A DNA stretch of 64,000 nucleotides from assembly GCA_029953675.1 (NCBI GenBank), contig JAMWBK010000008.1, positions 1,612,001 through 1,676,000 on the forward strand. Direction: 5' to 3'. Source of the stretch: Rhodosorus marinus CCMP1338 (taxonomy: Eukaryota > Plantae > Rhodophyta). The position numbers were made by a program, and so were the translations under genes. Below the pieces are notes generated by a model that saw nothing but the letters and a program-made list of their open reading frames with translations, was not told where the DNA came from and made no database searches. This document shows, piece by piece, positions 1 through 13,473 of this stretch (position 1 is its first letter; each line of letters opens with the position of its first letter).

Positions 1-845
1 TGATCTCGACCGATCCTCGAGCATCAATGTGGACCAGGTCACCAGGGCAACCAACTATTCGCTTGACAAAGAGGTCGCGGGTGCGCAGCTCTGTATTTCC
101 CACTCGGCGTACGTACTCACGAAGCTCTTCGGGAGGACTGAAGAACACGATGTCATCCCTTCGACACCCTACGTTTCCAATTCTGCTGCTCAGATACTGA
201 ACAAGGACCGCATCGCCACGATTCAGGGTCGGAACCATGCTCTCGCTGGGCACATACGCAATCGAGAACACGTTGCGAAGCACGAACGCCGCGATAACCA
301 CACACAACGACAGCTGAACATAGGACGCGCTCGTGATCAAAATATCGTCCCAAAAGCTTACTATACATCCTTCCTTTATGCTCACCACTACCGGCCAATT
401 CCGCTCAAATCTGACAAAAAAAGAGAGGAAGAGCTTCAGGACAACTTCTTCCTCAAATAAAAGCCAAGTAGAGAAGTCCCTACCTGGGTAGAATTCGGGT
501 AGCCGGTCGAAGGTGGAGGAAAACGTTCGCCGGATCAGTCCCCTCAGGTACTAACGAAAGCTTCGTCATCGATCCCTCAGCCTCTTCAACCTGAATCGCC
601 TCCACCTGATAGCTCACATGCCTATAAATACCCTTCCGGAATAACTCTCCGCTGGTCTGTAAATGTCTCGGACACACCACATCACCCACCTTGAGCTGTC
701 TGTTCTCAGCCGCTCTACTCGCCAGCACATCAAGAAGACAACATGCTCCTTTTGTCCTTCGCCTCTCCTTCGTTAGTACAAAACCTCCAACGAAGCACAA
801 TCTAAACTCGTCCATACCAGGACAGGATGTGCCAGGCTTTTCCAC
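1..845 (-). CDS. Signal peptidase I (peptidase S26, thylakoidal-processing-peptidase-like); 3' end beyond window, 5' exon(s) not resolved
   Basis: Manual minus-strand translation of 410..1 gives ...AFVLRNVFSIAYVPSESMVPTLNRGDAVLV...DDIVFFSPP...DLFVKRIVGCPGDLV, with the S26 catalytic Ser (PSESM) and Lys (FVKRIVG) boxes. A GT-AG intron at 483..411 joins it in frame to ORF 480..845. Confidence 0.85.
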
Positions 846-1596
846 CAGCGGCTCCCCTTGCCCTTATCAGTTGTTGACGACACCCCCACAAAACTATCAA
901 CCAATCTGATCACTTCTCGGCGAAGAAAAATGAGCTCCGTTTGCTCACAGGACACAACTTCAGGAAAATCACGTCGTCCTCACCTTCCCCTGCCCGACAA
1001 CCTGTGAGGAAAGATGGACCCCCGTGTTGCTGTTCTCCTTCCCCAACGAGGAAGACGGAAACTCAGTTCACATCAACGACAAGGCGCGAAGAATCGGGTC
1101 GAGGCAATGAAGGACTCCCTCCGTTTCCGGATGAGGCGGTAAAGACAGACCCGCTCTCTTGATTGCATATGCAAACGGGCCGGCTGGTGCCGGGAACCGG
1201 TAACCAGGAAGCGGACGGGTTGACGGTTTCCGATTTCGTGCGGACGTCCGCTCTACGGCAAAGCGTTTCTCTTGGTTTCCTTTAGGTTGCCCAGCCCTTT
1301 TCTTTATTTATCTGAAGCAGCTTCCTTTCCTTATCGACCGCTTGATTGGCACCGCGCTCCGCGCTGGCTTGAGGATCATACCGGGCTCTTCCGTATTGAC
1401 GGTCCAGTGGGGTCTGGTTTTTTCCTCGTCACGCGCGGAGGAGGAGGAGCAAGTGCTGGAAAGAGCGACCAAAACCCGGGAGTTGGTTCCGATCTAAAAA
1501 TCTAAAAATAAACTATTCACAAAGCGAGAAAACCGGCTTCATATGACTCTCACTGGTTGGGGAAATAATTTCATCGAGTAACGACTTTCGACAATA

Positions 1597-3254
1597 TCAC
1601 CTCACTTCCTCATCATCGTCGTCTTCTCCATCGGCCTTGGGCAATTGTCTCTTCAACTCTGTACAGTTCAAGTCCACTCCGTTCTCCTTGCTCCGGTACT
1701 CCGACGAGGTCCGAGCAATCTCAAGTAGCTCTGAGATGGACGACATTGGACGTATGGTTCCGTTCCATTCCGATTCAGAGGTCAGGTTCAGGTCTTCGCT
1801 GAGCTTGGCCTTCAACCTAGCCACACGTTCTCTTCTCATTAGACTTCGTTCGTCCTCGTTGAAGCATCTGTCGTACAGCTGTGGGTCCATCTCGCTCAGC
1901 AGTCTCTGGACGTGACAGGACAATAGGACAACCTGCTGGTTCCAGTGCCTCCGCTCGTTGTCCCTGAGCGCTGGAATGATCGCGGGCATCGCAACCTCAC
2001 GATAATGCATGATACAGTTCACCACGTACTCATTGTTCCAGAGGAGCAGCGCCCGCTCCGCTACTTGAAAGTGCTGCGATGCTATCGAGCCCGCAATCCT
2101 CCCGAACAGCGGCTCCACAACCGAACTCAATTCCTCCACTTCCACCAGCTCCAAAAGTTCCTCAAGCTCGGCAAGAAAAAGAACCTAAAGCGATAGAGAT
2201 TTCACGCAAGGGCGGGGAAAGAACACCTCCGTTCAGCTCTGCTTCAGTACCAAGCCGGTAGGAGAACAAGATCTCTTTGGATGTTTAACTAGGTTCGCGA
2301 ACGCACCTCTTTTCTGCTCTGAACCCTCGGCCAGTACTTGCAGAGGCCCTTGATCACATCGATCGATAAACTCGTATCCTTCTCGACGAACAGGGTGATG
2401 CAGAAGCTTAGCTGGACGTGGTAGGTGGCAAGTCCGGCGGGTACGTGGAGGGGTATCAAAGCTGTCCTAAGGAACTCCTTATGCTCGTCGCGGAGCGGAA
2501 GCGCAAAGCCGTTGATGATGGATCCGAGGATCTCCAGCAGTTCGGCTACTCCGTTGAATCGCTGGAGTTCGTAGATGTACCGCTGGAAGAGGTCGGTGAT
2601 GCTGCTCCGGATGAATCCGCGAAGCGGGATGATGCGACTGTAGGCGCTGTGCAGGATCGTCTTCAGTTGCTCCCTTTCGCGCATGTCTTCGCTGTCGAAA
2701 AGGTCCAACAAACGGAGGATGAAGTCCTTGGTAACCACCGTTTGCATCAAGAACACGTCAGCTCGAGGGTGGGCAATGAAACGCTGAAGGACACCATAGA
2801 CCAGCTCAACGTGCACCCAGGCTGGCTCCAAGCTCCGAGACTGGTCATCAGGTTCGCTGTAGTTGACCAAACCTTCCCGCGTAGGGACCCGCCTGAACAG
2901 GTTCGCGGATACCATGGATATCAGTGGAGGATAGATCCTCATCGGGAAGGCATCCTTCATCGGCTGATCCATATAGTCTATCAGCTCCTCCAGAGTTTGT
3001 GTTTTCAACGACTCCCTCTTCAGATGCCCATTCGGAAGGTTGAAGTTAATTCGTTCATGACAGAGTGACAGCTTGTGGATGAAAAGGTCGCACTGAGCAT
3101 CAAATGAAGGGACATCTACGTTGTCACAAAATTTATCATCCTCATTCAATTTTGTTTTCGTAGTGAGGGTTCAATCAAAAGCCGCAGATCAATTTTACTC
3201 CCAAGCGCGCTCACCTTTCAAAGCTGGCAAGCCTTCCCATCCCTGCCGCCCCAT
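1597..3254 (-). CDS. PPP2R5: Protein phosphatase 2A regulatory subunit B' (B56 family), 3 exons
   Basis: Exons 3254..3215, 3115..2307, 2184..1597; both GT-AG introns are phase-consistent. Splicing restores LPALK/DVP and RKE/VLFLAELEELLE. Other B56 motifs: LLDLFDSEDMREREQLKTILH, NGVAELLEILGSIINGFALPL, HFQVAERALLLWNNEY. A further upstream exon cannot be excluded. Confidence 0.95.
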
Positions 3255-3340
3255 TTGGGGGCGGGTTGGGAAATTTTGTCCTTCTTCGCAGCCGGAGCGC
3301 AACCACAAAAAGGAAAGAGAGGGCCCAGAATCTCTCCGCT

Positions 3341-3379
3341 CAAACAAACAAACAAACACACACACACACACACACACAC
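3341..3379. repeat. (CAAA)n-(CA)n microsatellite upstream of the B56 start
   Basis: caaacaaacaaacaaacacacacacacacacacacacac seen directly. Confidence 0.95.
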
Positions 3380-5699
3380 CTCTTTCTCTTTCCTAGTCTC
3401 GCTCTCTGCCCTCTCTCTTCCCCCCTCCTCCCCTCCCCCCCAACACCCACTTTTCAATCAAGTCGGTAAAGGTGGAACCCGATGGTCTACCTGAAAATCA
3501 TCCATGCTAGCCATCAGTTCCTAGATTCGTTCATCAAATGCTACATCCTGTTCAATACTTAACATTTTGACGTTTTCCATTTATTCCATCTTCTTTAAGC
3601 CCTCAACAACTCTAAAAAACCGCCTCATCGACCCCAATTGACCTCCAACAAACCTTTTTTAAAAAAATATATAGAGTTTCCTTTTTTTGGTGGGAGGGAG
3701 GAGGGGGGGGGAGGGGGGTGGGGAGGAAAGGAATGGGACCAGATATGTCCAAGCACTCTATTTTAAGAAATATTGTTTCTGATTTGTACCATTTAGCATC
3801 AATATTTCTACTTTTTGAAGATATTGAATTTTTATGGAAACTATTGTTCTTGTTTAAAGAAATAAGGTATCGAAAGCTATTTCGCTCCCGTTGTGAAGGT
3901 GTGACAATTTCAGGACAACAAGGGGACACACGATATTTGAAACTAATAAACTTTTGTCGTTATTGTATAACGGAACGTATTTATATCTAGATTTAGAGAA
4001 TACAGAGCCTGATGTAGACATTTGAGTGCTATTATTTCTACTTATTTCAAAATAGTGCGATTTTTATGAATGGTATACTCTTTTTATAGAACAGGCGTGG
4101 ATGGTAAATAAGAACTTTTTTGCGCTTTTATAGTGCTTTTGTTGACTTTTTGAGGAGCCGCGCCTCTTGTTTATGAGGTATCATATTTGTTTTGGGTTCA
4201 TTTTTAACAGGTGAGCTATGGGCGGAGAGGACCGGTTTCCGGTGAACGCCCGGGTTGTTGGTGTCGAACAGATCCGATCCGGGCACAGGAAGCTTCATAT
4301 CGGTGCCTCACTACCATATCCTATCACTTCAACGCTTGCGTCACAAGGAAGGCGCGTGATGAACCATGACCTGAGAATTGCCGGTTATCCAGAACCAAGG
4401 TTGAAAGAGAAGCTAGGTTATTTCGTGCATCTGCAGTGCTGTATGCTTAACCCACTGGGTACGTTATCATCGAATAGAGTCTTCCTCAGTGTCAAACCGC
4501 AGTAATCCCCGTGGTTTACTTGAAATCGCAACCCCATCATCAAACCTGGGAAGTTGGAGGGCTGGTCTAGTCGCTTTGTTGGGGTAACGCTGCTCAACCC
4601 ATTTGACCACTTTTTGAATTTCCCGTCCTGAATCGCGCGACTTTCTCTTCCAGCCTATAGAGGAGCCTGTCAGTCCAAGTCGGAATCCGTCCGAGGACCG
4701 TACAGGTAGAACATCAGCGCCTTCACGATCGCGTATATGGGCTTCCATATAATTGAGATCAAACCTTCAGCGCAGGCACCATCGGAGCATCAAAGGAAAA
4801 GAGCAGGATGTCCGATTTCTTGGTGTTGTCGCAGGTCAGCGACAACAAGTCCCGGAGGCTGCTATCGACGACCCCAATTCCGGGTTGGGCCCAATGGATT
4901 GGGGTTGAAAGCCATAAATAAGCATGCGAACAGTTGATAGGAAATGATTCAGATTGTCTGCAGGAGGAACATAAGGCTTGTACTCACAGGCTGCGAATAT
5001 GGTAACTTCCTGGAGGGGCAGAAGCCAGCGTACATTCATCCCAGAACTCTCAATTCAATGAAGCAGTGAGCACAGAAGACAGGCACCAAGTGCATCATGG
5101 TCCCGCTACACTCCCAAGGCTGCTACTCAAGAAAATACAGACGAGCACTGTCAAAGGCAGTTCCGGATGCGGCTGCTCGAAAACAACAATCGTTCCGATC
5201 GACCAGCACTAGCTCAAAAAGCGGGAGGGGGAGCGGGCGAAGACTAGAGAGATCTCCAGTTAAAAATCCATTCTGTTAGTCGCTCACAGAAAGCTTTTAA
5301 CAAGAACTTATCGTACAAGGCTCAGAATAGGAAATGGCGACGGCCAACCTTCCCATAGACTTCAAGTGACCCACCAAAACGTCCGCTCGTCAATATTATG
5401 ATCGTTAGTCATTATATGAAAATGATTGAATACTAAGGAGCGATGTGGTGGTCATCAGCCGCCGTTGGCAAACGAAATTGGACAGAAAAATATTTTGAAA
5501 ATACAAGGGGTGTGGTATGGACGTGAAACTCAATGGTAGTTGAGAGAGGGCGTTTTGAAGGGATTTGTTTTTTTTCTTGTTTGTTGAGGGAGACGGAGTG
5601 TGGGGGGGTTGGAGTGGGAGGGGGAGGATGGATGAGGAGTGTGTTTAGGTCGTATTTGTGCTTTTGTTTTTGTTTTTAAGGTTGATAGGAATTCAAAGA

Positions 5700-7162
5700 A
5701 TGATGGCTGAAGAGGAACCAACTGAGGCGATTGCGACTGGATGGACGAATATCACTTCCGTTCAACTGGATGGGTTGGTGAGTTTGGAATGAAGAACGGG
5801 GTTTTTCGAAGCCCTCTTTTGCTTGCGGAGTTAATTTTTTTTTCTTGTAGTTTCTTGCTTTATGCTTTTGTGGAATATGTTGGAGTGGTATGGAAGCAAG
5901 TGCGTTTCTTACGAACGAGTGGGCCGCGTGCTACCAGAGCGTGTTTTGGTTGACCTCAATATATGACGCTGACTATTATCGGTTTTTGTTCTTGTCGCGC
6001 CTCTTTGTTAGGTGGTGATGAAGATCATCAAGCACTGTCATGAGAATCTTCCGCTGACGGTGACAGGACAACTTTTGGGAATGGATGTGGGAGAGAACCT
6101 CGAGATAACCAACTCCTACTCGTTTCCGCAAATTCAATCTTCCACTTTGGGTCCGAATGATGCGGATCGTGGTGACGCAGATCTTGACCATTCCCAATAC
6201 CAGATGAATATGATGATCTGCGTGCGGAACGTCAACATTGACCATCAAGTCGTGGGGTGGTACCAGAGCAGCGGCAGTCAGGTTCGTTTTTTTTGCTCGT
6301 GGCCTGGCCGTGCCCTTGGGAGCAAGAATCGTCTGCAGTTGTCTGACTTGGCGCTATGTTATCATTTTGAAATGTAGATGGGATCGTTCCTGACGATGCA
6401 GTGGATCGACACGCAGTTTTCGTATCAGGACAATCTTCAAAACGTTGTTTGTTTGGTGTACGATCCAGTGCGAACTGAGTCAGGGACACTAGGCATCAGG
6501 GCTTACCGATTGTCGAAGGCGTTCGTTGAGATGCGTAAACGCCGGGAATTCACTTCGTTCGCTTTCTCGCGGTTTGGGATGGATAGCTCCCATATTATTG
6601 AAGAAGTTCCCATAGACCTGAAGATGTCTACCTTGCAGAAGGCGTACATCGCGGACATGTTCTGCCAGCCGGACCTGTCCGCGGAGAACTCGGTGGAGTT
6701 GTCCCGTCTGTCGATTGCTGAGGAGTCACCGCTCGAGCGTACTCTGGAATTCATGGTCAATGACTTGGAGGTTCTTAACCGTGAGCAGCACAAGTATTCA
6801 TTCTTTGTCCGGAGCAACTCTGCGAGAATAGGAGGGCTTTACCAGGATCTCGTAAGAGCGCGTCGCTCTGGAAAAGGTAAGATTTGGACGTGCCCTATGG
6901 ACGACTTTGCCATTGAAGCTCTACGGTTCTAATTATGTTTTCCTTCTCAACTGTCGCTTTTGACTCACCAGAGAATAACGATGAGAACCCAGGGAGGAAC
7001 GAGATGGACAAGCTGGCGAACGCCATGTCAGTAGAAACCCCGCGCCTGGAAAGCAAGATGCTCATTAAGGAACTGAACCTCTATGTCGAGAAGCTGACAA
7101 GCCTTTCGGTTGAAAGCGTCGTCAAGGAAAACGCCGTGCTCAGCCTTCAGATGGACCAGTAG
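5700..7162 (+). CDS. EIF3H: Eukaryotic translation initiation factor 3 subunit H (MPN domain), 4 exons
   Basis: Exons 5700..5777, 6012..6281, 6378..6876, 6972..7162 with GT-AG, phase-consistent introns. Motifs VQLDGL/VVMKIIKHC, GQLLGMDV, LEITNSYSFP, NVNIDHQVVGWYQS, VCLVYDP..T..GTLGIRAYRLS. Confidence 0.9.
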
Positions 7163-10100
7163 GAGATTCAGTTTTAGATCCACCGATTCTACACTAGGGG
7201 TGGATTGTATCATACACGCAGGGAGTCACCGGAGACTTGTGTTTGTACAAAGGGGCTCCTCGAGATTGCCTTGCTGCTTTACCAGTCCGCCGAAGCACTC
7301 GACGAGAACCGTGTTGGAAAGCCCCGTCGACGCAGCCCTTGAATTCGTCTGGAAAACTACGAACTTTTGCACGTGGCTTTGGTGTTCGAAGATACGCATT
7401 TGGGAGAGTCTCTATGCGTGGAACAAATTACCAGTCCCGTACAACGGAAAAGGAAGATATACCTGAGAGGTGCTTCCTCCAGTGCAGCCGGTTGTGAGAT
7501 ATCCGTTTCCGTGGTAGGACTCGCTAGGGAGGAGATCCTATCTATTGTGTAGAGACGGGATCACCTACAGACTCACTGGCGTCGCGGGAAGTAAATTCAG
7601 TTAATGAGAAGAGTAGGATGGTCATTGGCATCTTCCCGGCTCGAACGAGCAAGACCTGGTACTTCATGACTGCTGAAGACCGTCCCCAGTCAATATCCGC
7701 ACTAACTTTTAGGGCAGCAAACATTCTCGCAGTCCGCGAGTTGCTAAAAATAATGAAATCTGCATCCCAAGGCCTAGCTTTCTAAAACTTGGGGAGTCCA
7801 AATCCCACGGCCCTGCCAGCCCAGCCTTCCATGTTCGCCATGCCCTTCTTTCTTTTCTAACGATGGGGTCAGTGTGTCGAAAACCCGGACACGCGCAAGA
7901 GCACCTGGACAATGAAAGCCTATCATCCTGGAGGTCCGTGGTCGTCGCTTCACGAGGGGACAACGAATGAAACCCGCAGAGGCGTGATAATCGTCTTGTG
8001 CTGTAATCGTACAATACTCTTTCCGCGACCTCACTCGACTGGTACCGGCCTTGTGTTCTGGTAGGTAAGGTTTTACACGATTATCAAAATACGCGTCCTG
8101 TTTCATTTTAGTATCGGGGATAACTCTCACGGGTAGTAACGCAACCTCAAGTCCTCTCCCTCAACTTGTTGTTTCAAGAGTCTTGCGCACAGTATTTGTA
8201 AACAAACTCCAGTACTAGAGAAAGACTGACTCAATGATTGAAAATGAACCGTGGTCATCCATGGTTCCACATGAACGAGCGCTAAGAAGTATGTTATGGA
8301 ATTTACCAGAGTCAAAATGACGCGAGTCAGCATCATTCGTATTCGAAGACGAACATGTTCCTACGCCCCCCAAAAAACCTGACACATTCCTGGAACAGAT
8401 GTAGCGTAGTCTTCCTGACACTGACAAACAGGGCTATCAAAAATTCCGCGTAAGCAGTAATTCCGGGAAATGGCTTGATTCTCCTAGTTCCTGTGATCGA
8501 TAGCCTTCGCACGTCGGGAACATCTGTACTACTAGTCCAAGAAGAGAGGCTGGGTAAAACGACCTCCCGTCGTCGAGCACTACCCGGCACGTGGCATACC
8601 GCGCCCTGCTCGAGCGGAAAACGACTCGCCTTCGAACGTCCAGCAATCTACGATGATGGCGAAACAAGCCAGTCCGAGGTTGGGAACAGCTATTGGACTC
8701 AAAAATACTCCAGCCAGAGCTCAGCAATGGGGTTCACGGTCGATGCCAATACCCTGTCAATGCAGTGACCTCCAGGAGGTTGCCACCAGAATATTTCTTC
8801 CCGCCAAAACCGACAAAAAAAACCCGAAACACTAGCCATAAACGAATATTCTCCTGGTCCGATGGGTGGTAATGCAACTCATCATGGCCAGATTCGTTCT
8901 TAATTTGTGGCATATCAACTATTTATAGAGATTTCATCCTAAAATATCCCAACCATGGAGAGAATCGAATGATTTAGCAGGGGGTAAGTGACTGCAAATC
9001 TTTTGGTCCTCAGATTTTCTGATTAGTCATTGGGAGGGGGGGATTTTCAGGACTTTCAACGGACATATTTTTTGAATTAATGGATTTTTAAAGGGAGGTT
9101 CGTAAGTATTCAATTCAAATTCCAGCGGGTTTCTTTGAATCTTGCTGAAAATCCTTTCAACCTTCACCCCCCTTGTGTTTCTTGTAAACCGTAGTTCCTA
9201 GGTCCCAGTCGGTAAATTCTAGAGATGGTTGGTAATCTGTCGGTTGGATGGAAGACGACTTTCTCTCGCGGTAATTCCAATACCCACCATCGAACGGGAG
9301 TGTTTGTCGCATTCAATCGGGTCACGTATATTCAAACAGCTCTTTGAAGAAGATACTATCCAGCATATCCAACCTTTGACCTTCCCACGAGGTTGGGGGA
9401 CCTCATCACTCACTTTGAGAACCCTTACGGCAGAGATGATCCCCCATCCGCATCGCACCCACGTCGGGCCCATCTCGGGAAGATCTCCTCCTCTAAAACC
9501 AAAAGTGCATTTCTAACCCAGAAAAAAACACCTTTTTTTAATAAGTTATCAGTAAACCCTTCTAATAATCGAAGCAAAACTACAGGAGCCATCAAATTTC
9601 AAGAAAACAACAGAAATTCAAAAATTTCCCCATCGATCCGGGCTAGAATTCTAGTCCTAATCCTGATCCCCCTCGCAACGAGATTTCTCACCTCAACTTT
9701 TTTTCCCCCCCAAAGGACAACCCTTCCCCCTCTCCCCCCCCCTTACACCCTCCCGCAGCCTTCCAGCCAACTCCAAACCCTTCGCTCTCCTCAGCGATTC
9801 TCATTTCATATTATTTCCAAAATTCACCATGGCCGATAGATTCCCTCCGGACACAACAGCACCCGCTTTTACAAGGAAGCGGAACGGGGGGGGTGGGGTG
9901 AGTAAATTTATAACCCCACAGCAAGCCATATTTCTTTGCCCTTCCAATCCAGCCGATGTATGACATTCATCCCCCCCAGAAACCAAGATGGGACAAAAAA
10001 GGGGGGAAAGCGCGGGTTGCCATCTCCGTTCTACCTTTTCCTTTAATTTATTGCCCTTGCGAGGATAGGGTCTTACAGCCCACCTTGAATAATAGTAATA

Positions 10101-10710
10101 ACTCCAATGCCAATGTCCACACCACCCCTGCCCGACAACTGTCACGCTCTAGATCAATCAATATAAAAGATTGGATAGGAAAATATGAAGTTTTATGCAG
10201 AAGTCTCAGTCATTGTACGAAAAAGGGGGAAAAAGGGTTTGAGATACTCTTTTTTTTTTTGGTTCTTTTTTGCTTTAATAGTGTTTTGTGTCTGATGGCA
10301 AAAGCCATATTGTGTACCAAAGATCGAGATGTTGGCAAGAAATTAAGTAGCAAAAAATTTAGAATTTAATGTTTTTTTTTGGGGGGGGCTTGTTTATGTG
10401 CCTTAAAAGTATTGAATTGAAAAATTCGATTCAGGCAGAGGGTGTTTTGGGGGGAGAGGGAGAGATACCATTCTGGGGGGCCCGGAGTGGTGGTTGGTGA
10501 GGGATATAAAAAAGCTGTGTCTGGTGGGAGGTGACAGGGACTGGTAGTGGGTGAACGGGAGCAAGTGGAGTGAGGCAAGACGGGAGAGAGAGTGTGTTTC
10601 CTGAGCGATGTTCGGTGGGGGTTGAGGAAGTTTTCTTTTTCTTCTGCTTAAAATTCGGTTGGGGTGAAACTGAGATTTCGGGTGGTAAGGGCGCTTGGGT
10701 TTGAGGTAGA

Positions 10711-11933
10711 ATGAGTGGTCTGTCTAGGTCTGCACCTTCTGTACCGATGGCGGTCGGGACTGGTACGGCTGCTCCGTTTTCGATACTTCTGTTTCGTGGG
10801 GTGGCTCAGGAGGATGAGCATGTGACGGTGTGGGAGCCTCGGACTGGGAAGACCGTGGCGGGAAATGCTGCCCCGTACAGGAAGAACCTCAAGGGTTGGC
10901 TCACACAGCATCCGGGGTGGGAGGAGAAGGCGGATGAACTCAAGTCTTCGAAGAGGAGGTCGGCAGTGCGGAGGCAGAGATCAATTTCTGCGGCTTTTGC
11001 AGCGATGTGCTTTCATGCTGGAGACATAGTTAAGACGATCCTGAATGACATTGAAGGCAGGTTGCAGGTTGGTGGATACCCTAGCGACAACATAGAGTTG
11101 GACTGGACTGCTGAAGAAGATTCGCGGTTGAAGGAGCTCATTGTTCTCCTCGCGGAGAAGCTCTACTCGAGTAACGGCAGCGACCAGACAGTCAGCAGTA
11201 AACTGGAATGGAAACAAATACAGAGCAGCCTCGGCTCTAGATGGAAAGAGTTTCAGATGCTTCATCGAGCACGCGAGCTTCTGATAACGGACCTCCGCTT
11301 TCATGGAGGAAAGAGTGGACAGAGTTCCCCTAGAGACATCGGCTCTCCCCGGGACGATCAAGTTGACACCACAGGACTGTCTTTGTCTTCCACCTTGTCC
11401 TACTTGGAGCGTCATCTGGCGACACCGAGGGAGCCAAGAATCACGGTATGGGAGCCGGCCACTGGCCGAACTGTCTCGGGGAACGCTGCCCCTTGCAGGC
11501 GCAATTTGGAGACCTGGATTAAAGCTCACCCGGGATGGGAACCAAAGAGCGAGGATCAGCTGACCAGTATCAGGAGACAAAAGGGACGCAGAAGCAGCCC
11601 GATGGCAGTCGACGAGTCACCCATTACTGCGTCCACTCCAGACCTCAATGACGTTCTCGACGCTATGATGCTGCTTGGAAAGTCTCCTCTTCAGTCTTCT
11701 AATGGTATGTGCAATACCGAAACCAGTCAATGCATGACTTGATTATTTGGTATGATACTGACTTGATTGTATTCTTGCGTTCAGTTGAGAGCGGTGGCCA
11801 TGAGAGCCATATCGAGACCGCGTCCAGCGACACGGAGATGGAGGACGCGGAGCTTTTCGCTGAAGACAGTTCGTCGATGGATTCGCATCCACCGCCACTG
11901 GCGCGGACGTCACCAATGTCGATCCCAATCTGA
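10711..11933 (+). CDS. Stand-alone double-BRK-domain protein with central Myb/SANT-like segment (paralog A), 2 exons
   Basis: Two copies of VTVWEP.TG.TV.GNAAP.R.NL..W...HPGWE resemble the BRK consensus. Central DWTAEEDSRLKELI is Myb-like. Phase-1 GT-AG intron 11705..11784 joins ORF 10711 to ORF 11709..11933. Confidence 0.75.
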
Positions 11934-13473
11934 GTGCACAATAGTTGATAGTTTTTCCCCCCGGTGTCCACCACCAATGAGCTTGGCTCTCTTGTTCCTA
12001 TTTTTATTATAGTAGCCACATAAGTATACATTCCAGGAACAACGACGATTGCGAAGCAACGTCCCGCTGTTGCACATAAACGAAGAACATCTTCTGATAC
12101 GGTGTCGGTGACCCTAGCTACTCTGCTTCAGAGACCCGGCCGGCAAATCTTTTCACAACGTACGTCATACCCGGGGTGATGCGGATTCGTCACGTAGCGC
12201 TTGACCTCCCTCGCGATCAGCTGCCTTGAAGGGTTAGCTCCTCAAGGCCAGACAACTATGCTTGTTACGTACCAATAGAGTCAAATCTTCTGGTACCGAT
12301 TCCGGTATACCGAACCAATTGAAATGCCTTTTGAGTCCTATTTGATCCTATTCGAAACTATTAGCCAGCTAATTCTAAAATACTGCTAAACATCCAATAA
12401 TACGTTTCTAACATTAGAATAGAGAGTACCCCTTTTTTTATTGGTTATTAAAATACCTAAGATGATTGAAAGCCCTTTATTGGCAATAATTCTGCTTATC
12501 CGTTTAGTCGCGGGATGTCTTAAGGACTCGTATACTGAGCGGCGTCAATCCAGGTGTGCAGAGCACTTCAGAGAGTTGCCTGTTCGCGTTCTCATCGATC
12601 GGAGACTCTTATCGCGAGGAAAACTTTGGAATTATCTCTAGTGCTACTCAATCTCTCCTTACTGAGCCGGAAGAACTGCGTTTCACGTTCCATGGTGAGG
12701 CGAACCCGAGGTCCGTGAAAGATCAAGAGGAGACAAGAGAACGGTAGGCGCCCGGGGGGAAACTGCAGTTAAAGAACTAGTTAGATCCAGTTTCAAGCCA
12801 ACAGTTCAGAAACTCCCCCACCTTTTCAAGTTCACGAGGGGTTCTCCTTATCGACTTGGTTCCAACCGCAACACATTCAAAATCCGAGAGGGCAAAATGG
12901 CAACCATGTTCACCCAGCTGGGAAACTGACCTTCGTTGTTGATGAACATGGGAGCTTCGGGGCGGGGGGTTGACGGTGAAACTCGTCTGATGAGCCTGGG
13001 ACTTTTTTCAACGACGGGGGACCGCGCTGTTAGAAGTCTTGATATGATGGGAAACGCTTTAATGACGGCGAGCGAGGGTGCGGTAGCAGGGGCGGGGGTG
13101 GGGGATGACATAAGACGCTTTGATGACGTGTGACTCTGAAAAAGTATATATATATCTTGACGGAGGGCTGGTGAGAGAGATGGGATGGGTGACATTTTGA
13201 TGACAGAGAACGCTCGTTGACGTTTAACTGGACATGACGGGAAAGATGCGTCATGACAGGTGACGTTATTTGGCGTTGATTTATTACCATTCGACTAGGA
13301 AAACCAAAGCGACAGAGGGGTGGGGTGGTTGGATGGTTGGTTCGACGAGCTCCTAGTTGTTACAGGGGTAGAAACGATTCTGAGTTGAGCCGGCAAATGT
13401 GCTGAAAAGATTATCTCCCGACGATTATTGTTAAAAGTTTTGAGAGAGTCAAAAAGGGGGGGGGGGGTTTGGC

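Noticed and set aside
29-460. 143-aa + strand ORF
   Set aside because: Antisense to the signal peptidase exon.
4467-4748. Weak resemblance of LPRFDDGVAISSKPRGL to the RluA pseudouridine synthase motif
   Set aside because: No downstream HRLD motif found; likely chance.
9393-10578. Several 70-150-aa ORFs
   Set aside because: Low-complexity intergenic/promoter DNA with homopolymer runs; no domain signal.
12050-12300. Possible structured ncRNA/snRNA
   Set aside because: No recognisable snRNA, tRNA or SRP motifs; splice signals suggest minus-strand exons instead.
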